A stretch of DNA of 64,000 bases, taken from positions 204,407-268,406 of the forward strand of contig NIVC01000218.1 of assembly GCA_002269645.1 (NCBI GenBank). Reading direction: 5' to 3'. The translations under genes and the position numbers were made by a program. The stretch is from Macrostomum lignano (lineage: Eukaryota). Position 1 is the stretch's first letter; every line of letters begins with the position of its first letter. Shown piece after piece: positions 13,055-20,828 of the stretch. A model generated the notes under the pieces. It was not told the DNA's origin and made no database searches. It saw only the letters and a list, made by a program, of their open reading frames with translations.

Positions 13055-13122
13055 CAGTCATGATTGCAAAATAAAAATATCAGAGTATTATGATGATAGT
13101 ATTAATCCATTCTCTGACCAAG
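13055..13122 (+). ncRNA. C/D snoRNA, guide for 28S U3797-equivalent (copy a)
   Basis: ATGATGA 13090-13096, CTGA 13114-13117; guide TTAATCCATTC antisense to 28S GAAUGGAUUAA; the +5 rule gives the U in GAA[U]GG (human Psi-m3797, SNORD17 target). Upstream box C degenerate (ATGATTG). Confidence 0.65.
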
Positions 13123-13503
13123 TTTATGTGTAAAGACTGGCTTATCATCTATTATATAAGTCTTGTCTTTTGCACTAAGTTGGTGTGCGCGCCACCTTGG
13201 AAGCTTCTCTATTTGTGCTGCTAATTTATTGTCACTTGGATATCTGGCAACCTATTCTAGCATTACAGGTTGTTAGTTTTCTGTCCTTTTTAAACAGAAA
13301 CACCTGTTTTGTATGCCTGATAATCCAATATGACTGCATGCATATTTGGAGATTGCTGTTAAGATGTTAAATTTGGATCTGAATGACTCTGATAAACTTG
13401 ATAGTATCTGTAAATTTTCATATTGCAATTGTATTTAACAATATTATCAAACTAATTATCAAAAATGCTTGTTTAATTATCAAAAAACCCAGCCTATTTG
13501 AAT

Positions 13504-13580
13504 GCATAAATGATGCTACCCAACGTGTTTCGAGTCACAATGACTATGAATTAATAAAAAGAAACGATAACTGATCAATG
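13504..13580 (+). ncRNA. C/D snoRNA candidate, guide antisense to 18S AUCAGUUAUCGUUU
   Basis: Box C-like ATGATGC 13510-13516, box D CTGA 13571-13574, 91 nt from the acceptor; guide AAACGATAA; +5 target is the C in UUAU[C]G. Confidence 0.55.
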
Positions 13581-13767
13581 TAATTTTGTGTGCTTATTTA
13601 CAACTTAATCAATATTTGCAACTATGTCCCTCTAAATATTGTTCTTTGTTTACACACATTTGCAGACTTGCTGTTTTTCCCCTTGTCACGAGCAATTAAC
13701 AAAAGCAAATCTGCTTCTGAAAATGTAAGTTCTGAAACATCTGGTACTTTAACAATTTGCTTTTTTA

Positions 13768-13848
13768 ATTTAATGATGAATACTTGACAAGCATATGTCG
13801 GAATGCACTCTTGTGCTTTCTGTAGATACTATTTTCATTCTGAATTTT
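13768..13848 (+). ncRNA. SNORD27: C/D snoRNA, U27/snR74-type (18S Am27/28)
   Basis: Box C ATGATGA 13773-13779; 12-nt guide GACAAGCATATG antisense to 18S CAUAUGCUUGUC before D' CGGA; box D CTGA 13840-13843. Confidence 0.85.
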
Positions 13849-13994
13849 AAATTTATTCAATCAACTTTTAGGCATTGGCGCTGTCTCATGTATGGCATTG
13901 GCGAATTTTATTTCAATCAACTTTTGCAAATTTCAGGAGCTGGCATACAAAAATCGCTACAAAGTCTTAAACATTTATTCGGTGAGTTTTCTTC

Positions 13995-14056
13995 GAAGCT
14001 GTGAAACAGTTGTCAGAGAAACGATGATGAATGCTTTAATCCATTCTCTGACTGAG
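13995..14056 (+). ncRNA. C/D snoRNA, guide for 28S U3797-equivalent (copy b)
   Basis: CAGA..ATGATGA (14024-14030)..TTAATCCATTCTCTGA (D 14048-14051), same guide as 13055-13122; 89 nt from acceptor 14140; box C unclear. Confidence 0.6.
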
Positions 14057-14168
14057 CTTTTCAAATGTGCTTGAATAGTTATAAAAGGTCTTCCAAATTG
14101 GGGTTTTTTGCCTCTATTGTTCCTTAACCTTTTCTTTCAGGCACAATTTGATTTGCTGTGTGCGCGCC

Positions 14169-14373
14169 NNNNNNNNNNNNNNNNNNNNNNNNNNNNNNNN
14201 NNNNNNNNNNNNNNNNNNNNNNNNNNNNNNNNNNNNNNNNNNNNNNNNNNNNNNNNNNNNNNNNNNNNNNNNNNNNNNNNNNNNNNNNNNNNNNNNNNNN
14301 NNNNNNNNNNNNNNNNNNNNNNNNNNNNNNNNNNNNNNNNNNNNNNNNNNNNNNNNNNNNNNNNNNNNNNNNN
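14169..14373. other. Assembly gap (about 205 N) inside the snoRNA host gene
   Basis: Run of n. Confidence 0.99.
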
Positions 14374-14520
14374 ATCGTTAAGAATCGATGCAAGTTTTCA
14401 TATTCACTTATTTCATTTTAGAGGACGCTAAAATCCAGCTGGAAAATTGTAAGCCTTCTTAACAGTGCTTCAGGTCAGTTAGCAATGCTTAAGTATTTTT
14501 CCCCACCCTTATTTTACTTT

Positions 14521-14604
14521 TTACAATGATGAATTAATTATAGCATAGTTCATATGAACTGTACCCAGTGTACGGCATGTACAGAATTTTCAAGCCTGAT
14601 ATTT
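14521..14604 (+). ncRNA. SNORD77: C/D snoRNA, U77-type (28S Am1521 / yeast Am817)
   Basis: Box C ATGATGA 14526-14532; guide GCATAGTTCA antisense to 28S UGAACUAUGC before D' ATGA, same register as U77; box D CTGA 14596-14599. Confidence 0.75.
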
Positions 14605-14779
14605 TATCTACCTATTAGCTACCTATTAGTTGTACCTATTTGATAAAACGACATCTTTTTTACAAGTCAGATATTTTTTTAATTTCTTTCCAGTTTGCCG
14701 CGTCAATGAAGTTTCACTGCTACATCCATCCAAGGTAATTTTTATTGCTCAGCTCTATTATATAACATATCTATAAATG

Positions 14780-14854
14780 CAGTGGCGGATCCAGGATTTT
14801 TTCCGTGAGGTCGGCCGACCCGATCCCCTTGACCCCCTTCTGGATCCGACAGTG
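14780..14854. mobile_element. 75-bp hAT-like mini-MITE
   Basis: Termini CAGTGGCGGATCCAG / CTGGATCCGACAGTG; 8-bp TSD TATAAATG / TATAAATA (7/8 match). Confidence 0.75.
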
Positions 14855-14857
14855 TAT

Positions 14858-14935
14858 AAATACGTGATGAAAATAACACATCTGTGTTTGATTTGGTCAT
14901 GATATATAATTTCCATGCATCACCATCTGATTTGC
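14858..14935 (+). ncRNA. SNORD33: C/D snoRNA, U33-type (18S Um1326), copy a
   Basis: Box C GTGATGA 14864-14870; guide CCATGCATCACCAT pairs 18S GUGGUGGUGCAUGG (with G-U pairs) before box D CTGA 14927-14930. Confidence 0.85.
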
Positions 14936-15104
14936 TTTTTTATTGGTATTAATAAAAAAAATATGTGCTTTTAATAAACTCGTCTCTACTGTAGCCATAT
15001 TTTCACTTGCCCATTTTAGTGCATTTTTCCTGGTTGGATATCAAGTCAAGTGTTAACTTGCAAAGTCAGGTAGGCTTACATTGTTGAACTTGTGTTTTTG
15101 TTAA

Positions 15105-15270
15105 TTGCGACTTTCTCGTTTCAATCACCGACACGCAAAAAATATCTTATTGGTGACTGATTCATTTAGTCGCTAGATTACACTGACAGCCGCATAAAAT
15201 CCAGAAGCAGAGTAGAGATCTTTTGTTTATCTCCCAAAGTGTCTGCTTTTGATGAGCGCGGATTACATTA
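15105..15270 (+). ncRNA. H/ACA snoRNA; 5' pocket predicted to guide pseudouridylation of 28S U3801-equivalent
   Basis: Hairpin 1 GCGACT..AGTCGC, H box AGATTA 15175-15180, hairpin 2 CCGC..GCGG with upper stem AGAAGCAGA/TCTGCTTTT, ACA 15265-15267. Pocket strands TCTCGTT and TTCATTT pair 28S GAAUGGA-[U]U-AACGAGA, 14 nt from the H box. Confidence 0.75.
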
Positions 15271-15334
15271 CTATTAATAGTAGTATTTAACAAAACCGAC
15301 CTCTTTATAATGGCAGAAATGGCACGCAATGTTA

Positions 15335-15418
15335 TAAATAATGATGATAACCCATAATTCTTCACTTTGAACTGAACAAATATCAACTGTGATGTTAGCA
15401 CTGGGTTCTGAACTATTA
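15335..15418 (+). ncRNA. Double-guide C/D snoRNA: U37-type (28S Am3697) plus SNORD88/snR76-type (28S Cm3680), copy a
   Basis: C ATGATGA 15341-15347; TTCTTCACTTTGA + D' CTGA 15372-15375; C' GTGATGT; AGCACTGGG + D CTGA 15408-15411; targets 28S UCAAAGUGAAGAA and CCCAGUGCU. Confidence 0.85.
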
Positions 15419-15454
15419 TAATCATGGCTGCCACCTATATTTGTTTAGATTCTT

Positions 15455-15546
15455 GTTAATTATGATGAAATTTTAATTTCCACAGTTCAATCGTCCGATA
15501 ATGCTTGATTAGATGCGGACTATTATTAGCTCTACCTGATAATTAA
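15455..15546 (+). ncRNA. SNORD44: C/D snoRNA, U44-type (18S Am166), copy a
   Basis: C ATGATGA 15462-15468; guide TATTAGCTCTA antisense to 18S UAGAGCUAAUA; D CTGA 15536-15539; terminal stem TTAATTA/TAATTAA. Confidence 0.85.
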
Positions 15547-15705
15547 ACAGTTGTTTTGTTATTAAAGTGAGTTTTTTGCATTTTTAATTGCAATTTTCAT
15601 GTTATTTTTTTATTTCAGATGTCTTCTACCGACCAATGTCATCTCGGGCTTTGAGGGGTAAGGCGTCTTTTTTATCTACTATTAGTAGCATAATTTTCAC
15701 TTTCT

Positions 15706-15811
15706 ATTTACATGATGATCTCTATTGATTAGTCTTTCTGAGCTTTGTAATTAGTTAATAAACATTTTAACCAATTACAAAACTGCTGACTAACGCCCCT
15801 ATCTGATAATT
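15706..15811 (+). ncRNA. SNORD80: Double-guide C/D snoRNA, U80/snR60-type (28S Gm1612) plus a second guide to AAAG[A]CUAAUC, copy a
   Basis: C ATGATGA 15712-15718; GATTAGTCTTT + D' CTGA 15738-15741; CGCCCCTAT + D CTGA 15803-15806; both antisense to 28S AUAGGGGCGAAAGACUAAUC. Confidence 0.8.
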
Positions 15812-16008
15812 AGTGTGTTAGTTGAAACTTTCATATGGTATTGAAGTATTTCATAAGACACCCGTCTAAGAAATTCATCCATTGTTTGTTTTAACACCGT
15901 TTTAGAATCCGATTCGTTTTTATGGCAAAATGGCACTGGTTCAACAAGTCTACAGAGCCAACAGGTGAGTTAATAGCCAGAATTATTTTAATATTTTTGC
16001 CTATGCTG

Positions 16009-16094
16009 ACTGTTATGATGATATGAATCACCTTTGGCTTTTGATAGGTTTCTTTAAATGAAAATTATCTACCATGCATCACCATCTGAGAAAT
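16009..16094 (+). ncRNA. SNORD33: C/D snoRNA, U33-type (18S Um1326), copy b
   Basis: C ATGATGA 16015-16021; guide CCATGCATCACCAT identical to copy a; D CTGA 16086-16089. Confidence 0.85.
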
Positions 16095-16257
16095 TTTTCT
16101 AACATTTACCAAAATCAGCCAGATGTGTGTGTCCAGAAATTCTACAGAAATTCTCCATCTCTACTCTGCATTCCAGTTGGCCCGTTCAAATTTTCAAACA
16201 AGAGTTAAAACAGGTAAAACTGACATTGTTTTAGTTTCTAACATCAATATACAATTC

Positions 16258-16348
16258 AGCATCCATTAATGATGATTTCATTTTACACCGTCATGCTGTT
16301 TGATTTCAATAATGAAATTTAACCATATTGGCAGCTGAGATGGATGCT
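16258..16348 (+). ncRNA. C/D snoRNA with 9-bp terminal stem; tentative targets 18S C18 and 28S ACAG[C]AGGACGGUG
   Basis: Stem AGCATCCAT/ATGGATGCT; C ATGATGA 16269-16275; D CTGA 16335-16338; D guide TATTGGCAG pairs 18S CUGCCAGUA; D' guide CACCGTCATGCTGT has one mismatch to the remembered 28S sequence. Confidence 0.75.
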
Positions 16349-16545
16349 CTACGGTGTACATTTGGTCTTATAGCATATTTAAGAAAATTATACTCGTAGA
16401 TAGCTAATTTGACTGCGTGTGTTCTAAGACGAATTTCTCTAAGTTTCTTCTTATCGTGTAACTTATGAATGGATAGTTTTGAGCAAACAAGCTGGCAATG
16501 GTGTAATAATCTTATCTATCAGATAGAATACACGCTTGGCTATTT

Positions 16546-16627
16546 TTATCATGACGATCCAACAATTTAGTATCAACCTTATCAGTGTATTGGATTCAAT
16601 ATAAAGCACTACAGCGCTCTGTCGTCT
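16546..16627 (+). ncRNA. U48-like C/D snoRNA candidate with degenerate box D (CTGT)
   Basis: ATGACGA 16551-16557; guide CTACAGCGCT pairs 28S GGCGCUGUGG in U48 register; box D reads CTGT 16619-16622, so possibly decayed. Confidence 0.45.
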
Positions 16628-16982
16628 AGATAAAGCTGGTATTTTAGCTCCTATTCGAGGCCTAAGTGTTTTGCTTAACGTATCTTCCTTATTTTATGTT
16701 GGTGCCTCCCAGGGTTTTTTTTTGTGCGCAGAGTGTGCGTATGCACCCTAAATTTTAAAATCGCACCCTGAAATTAAAAAAGTAGGTGCGGTTTAGGTGC
16801 GGTCTTATAACCATTTTTCTTTAAAGGCTTAACCATGCTTAAGCTATTTTTTATGCACTGCCTTAAAATATGAAACAAAATAACTCTTTAATTCCTATTA
16901 AGTCATATAGGCAATATAGCCTATAGCTATAGCCTTATGTAAGATATTAAAATATACATTCCCAGTTGTCTGAACTGTGAGC

Positions 16983-19466
16983 AATGTGAGGGTTTCACGA
17001 GAGATATTCAGACAAAGGCTCCCTAAAACACGCCCCACACCGGGCCCCGAACTGCTACACATTATAACATTTTTTGTCAATGCAGTATTTGATTGCAAGG
17101 AAAAGTTAAAATAGTAATGGAATAAATATCTTTATTTATTTTTTTAAATATTATTATTTTTATATTCTCGTTTTCATTATTAAATTATAATATTATTATT
17201 TTATTAATATTATTATTAATATCACTTATTGTTCACCGAATTTTATATTTCAAAGTAAAAAAACTAAATTTAATAAAAACTTGAAGCTTAACAGAAAATG
17301 CATTCTGAAGTGTCTTTAGTTAGTCCAATTTGTTTTAGTGTGTAGCGCTGCGGGGCGGTGCGGGGCGTGTTTTAGGGAGACCCATTCAGACAGACATTCA
17401 AAATGATTGTCTGTAACTTCAAACAAAATTGACCCGCTTCAACCATCTTTTTGGCAAATACTTACGCAAGTGTTGGGCGTCGAATAAGCTTTAATTTATT
17501 AACTGAAGTAAAAATCCTTCTGACATACATTGATTTAAAAATTGCTTAGCAACACTAGCTCTGATTAGAAATCGCTTTACTGTTGACTAAAATTGTTTTG
17601 ATCGTAGCAGCCTAAAGCAGATACTGGATTTAAAAATGCTTCGATTTACTCTATACGCATGTCTCAGCTTTAAAATGACACCTCAGGCGTCGCAAAAGAC
17701 AGCTTTGATGCTGAGATATTCGACACTAAACATGCATTGCTTTGCGCAATCTCACATTCAGAAATTTCACTGATTTTTTGTCGATATTTGTGCAGTTGCC
17801 ATGTCCTTGTTTTTCATCAGAATCTTGTCAAATTCTAGTCATGTCTATACGCATGTCTCAGCTTTAAAATGACACCTCAGGCATTGCAAAAGACAGCTTT
17901 GATGCTGAGATATTCGACACTAAACATTGCTTTGCTCAAACTCACATTCGGAAACTTCACTGATTTTTATTCAATATTTGTTCAGATGCTTGTCTACTTC
18001 TCCATTTATTAACCATCGCATGGAGCCTTGCTAACGTACAAGTGTATGTAGTTACAGTAAATGGGGTTTTTGTGACTCACTTAAACTTGTTTACGCATTC
18101 TGCAGCTATTCGCCGCCTTTCATTGGAGTGATTCATGGAGTCCAGTTGATAAATTTCCACAAATTGGACTGCTTCTACGTCAGATCTCAACATTTGGAAC
18201 CGTCCTTGAACTATTTCAGAGTTAAGTGAGCTAATGGCATCAAATGGAAGGCTAGTGCTCGTACTTGTAAGCGAAGCAGGTTCACAATTGAAATGGTTAT
18301 ATTCATGGCCATGGGATCTAAACTGATCTGTTTTACTTTCACGATCGCTTTGGTCTCAGAAGGAGCAGCAGTTGATGGACTGAGGTGAGAAGAAGATGTG
18401 TCACGACTTGAGCTGTTTATAGAAAATATCTTTATCCAATTAAATATTTTCATGCGGCTCCTTAGGTTGTTCCGAATTCCGAGTCTAGAAGTCAAGACAG
18501 AAAAAAAGTTAAGAACTGCTACTGTAGTCCGTAGGGATTGGAAAGCTTAGCAGTACATTAGAAATCGCCAGTTCAATCTAAAAAGTTTGAAGTACATATA
18601 GCTATTGGGTTGCAACAACAGTAGAAAAAATTCTTCCTTTTTATTTTATTCCCACCGCTTACCTCATTCCGATTTGGATAGCAGAATTGCCACGCAAAAA
18701 AAGTAAAAACATAACAATAAACTATTTGCTTCATATTAATTGCCACTGACTGTTAATAAACGCGACGTCAATTTCTCTCAATAACAGTTGGAACATGTTT
18801 CTCGTACACTCGTATATTTATTTGAACCGCAAAGCGGTGAAAAAGTCATGATTGGTTGCCATATGTACAAATGTACACTCACAGACTCACTGACTCAGGT
18901 ACAATCTATGCAATATAAAGGCAGGAATCATTAAAAATCAAATACTTAAGACAGTTTAAGAGAAGTCCAGGTTTAAACTGGACATGACTAAAATTTGACA
19001 AGTTTCTGATGAAAAACAAGGACACGGCAACTGCACAAATATCGACAAAAAATCAGTGAAATTTCTGAATGTGAGATTGCGCAAAGCAATGCATGTTTAG
19101 TGTCAAATATCTCAGCATCAAAGCTGTCTTTTGCGATGCCTGAGGTGTCATTTTAAAGCTGAGACATGCGTATAGAGTAAATCGAAGCATTTTTAAATCC
19201 AGTATCTGCTTTTAGGCTGCTACAATCAAAACAATTTTAGTCAACAGTAAAGCAATTTCTAATCAGAGCTAGTGTTGCTAAGCAATTTTTAAATCAATGT
19301 ATGTCAGAAGGATTTTTACTTCAGTTAATAAATTAAAGCTTATTCGACGCCCAACACTTGCGTAAGTATTTGCCAAAAAGATGGTTGAAGCGGGTCAATT
19401 TTGTTTAAAGTTACAGACGATCGTTTCGAATGTCTGTCTGAATATCTCTCGTGAAACCCTCACATT
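16983..19466. mobile_element. Foldback-type element with about 485-bp inverted arms (16983-17845 minus MITE; 18981-19466)
   Basis: Arms are near-identical reverse complements by eye; an about 140-bp part of the left arm is duplicated at about 17845-17990; no clear TSD; no transposase recognised. Confidence 0.85.
17015..17383. mobile_element. Mutator-like MITE, copy 2 (inverted relative to copy 1)
   Basis: Same TIR and interior as 1696-2091; 9-bp TSD ATTCAGACA at 17006-17014 and 17384-17392; the mirrored arm (about 19435-19443) has a single ATTCAGACA, i.e. the empty site. Confidence 0.9.
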
Positions 19467-19705
19467 CTAAACAAGACTCAAGAGAAATTGCACTCTGAGC
19501 CTTAAAATCGCACCTTGAAATTTGGCACAAGGTGCGATTTCGCACCTTATCTCTGGCGAAAAAAAAAACCCAGGACTGCCTCCCTAAAATCCTCAGATTA
19601 TGTGACGCACCTAATGCTGCATGATTCAGTTTACTTGTAAGTGACTGCCAATATGCTCGTAATATAATTAAATAAATATATAATTTGTATACTCGTACCA
19701 GAAAC

Positions 19706-19793
19706 TAACTAGTGATGAATAATTCCTTACCTACTATGATAATGTTTTAGAAAACTCCAGTTGTGATTTAAAAATATCCCTAATCTGACTTTA
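19706..19793 (+). ncRNA. C/D snoRNA, guide antisense to 28S GUAGGUAAGGGA
   Basis: C GTGATGA 19712-19718; TTCCTTACCTAC + D' ATGA 19736-19739; D CTGA 19785-19788, 88 nt from the acceptor. Confidence 0.7.
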
Positions 19794-19962
19794 TTACTAA
19801 TTATAGTATTTTACGCTACTATCTTAGGCATTTTTTTCAATTACTTTAAGTAGTCACTTTCCTCTCAAAATTTTAGTACATATTCTTGCTTGGCTGGCTA
19901 GTGCTGCAACTAATTTAGCAAGGTAAGATCAGTAGGACCTGTAGAGGCTTATGTTATATTAA

Positions 19963-20042
19963 GAATCCGTGATGATAACTCAGAATTCTTCACTTTGACC
20001 TGATTATTGACAATGTGATGATAGCACTGGGTTCTGAATTGT
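19963..20042 (+). ncRNA. Double-guide C/D snoRNA U37-type plus SNORD88-type, copy b
   Basis: C GTGATGA 19969-19975; TTCTTCACTTTGAC + CTGA 20000-20003; C' GTGATGA 20015-20021; AGCACTGGG + CTGA 20034-20037. Confidence 0.88.
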
Positions 20043-20092
20043 TTTTAATATAACTAGCCTCTAGTTTTTTAAAATCAGATTGCTTTTTTATT

Positions 20093-20179
20093 AGCTAAAT
20101 GATGACAAAAACAATTTGACACCTCTTGTCCGATGTAAATAACATAAATGCGGACTGTTATTAGATATACCTGAGAAAT
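20093..20179 (+). ncRNA. U44-type C/D snoRNA, copy b with diverged guide
   Basis: C ATGATGA 20099-20105, D' CCGA, C' ATGCGGA (as in copy a), D CTGA 20171-20174; guide TATTAGATATAC has 2 mismatches to the U44 target. Confidence 0.65.
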
Positions 20180-20362
20180 CATTTCTAGGACTCTAGTAAA
20201 ATGCGAAAATAATAAGCTACTATTGTTTAAGTCAATCAATTAAATCTTTTCAGCAGCGAATGCGGCTGATTGCTTCAAAATATGTCGAATTCAATTTTTT
20301 TCGCAGGTAGGCGTCTCTTATCAGTTGTTTGATTCTGAACTCTTAAGCAAGCTACTCCACCA

Positions 20363-20437
20363 CCTGTAATGATGATTTATATGGATTAGTCTTTCTTAGT
20401 TCTCAAATGTGCAGACAAACGCCCCTATCTGACTACT
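20363..20437 (+). ncRNA. SNORD80: U80-type double-guide C/D snoRNA, copy b
   Basis: C ATGATGA 20369-20375; GATTAGTCTTT + D' CTTA; CGCCCCTAT + D CTGA 20429-20432. Confidence 0.8.
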
Positions 20438-20616
20438 GTCAATTATAGCTATGCAAAATAGCTCATTTATGTAGTGTGCCAGACCTTTTATTGTCTGATT
20501 GTTAATTTACCATTTTATTTTTGCAGGAGTTCAATCAAATCCAGTTTGTGCTCTAAGATCTGCAGCTTTAAGGTGAGACAATGCTATTTCTAACCCAATA
20601 AATCAGGAGTTCACGT

Positions 20617-20707
20617 TGTAAAATGATGAGACATTTTTGGATCAACCATATGAGTCAATGTAGCTATTGGCTAAATGAATTGCGTCTAAAATTCTCTCTG
20701 ATTTATT
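20617..20707 (+). ncRNA. C/D snoRNA, guide for the 18S 5' end (U8), copy a
   Basis: C ATGATGA 20623-20629; GGATCAACCA antisense to 18S UGGUUGAUCC before D' ATGA 20650-20653; D CTGA 20698-20701. Confidence 0.75.
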
Positions 20708-20738
20708 GCCCCTTTCCAATATCCTACTAACCAGCTGT

Positions 20739-20828
20739 ACATCAATGATGAGACATTTCCTGGATCAACCATATGAGCCTGACTATTGTTAGGTCTATGA
20801 ATGGTGCCTAATCTTCTCTCTGAATGAT
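20739..20828 (+). ncRNA. C/D snoRNA, guide for the 18S 5' end (U8), copy b
   Basis: C ATGATGA 20745-20751; same GGATCAACCA guide + D' ATGA 20773-20776; D CTGA 20820-20823, 85 nt from the acceptor. Confidence 0.75.

Larger units (their letters stand above)
16709..19574. mobile_element. hAT-like non-autonomous element expanded by nested insertions
   Basis: Termini CCAGGGT(n)..CGCAGAG / CTCTGGCGA(n)CCCAGG; 8-bp TSD GGTGCCTC / ACTGCCTC (6/8 match); uninterrupted relative at 12170-12365. Confidence 0.6.

Noticed and set aside
13300-13400. Possible extra snoRNA in intron 13269-13665
   Set aside because: CTGA motifs present but no convincing box C or guide.
14108-14431. ORFs spanning the N run
   Set aside because: Artefacts of the assembly gap.
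18211-18495. ORF in the foldback interior as a transposase
   Set aside because: No DDE or other motif; other frames riddled with stops.
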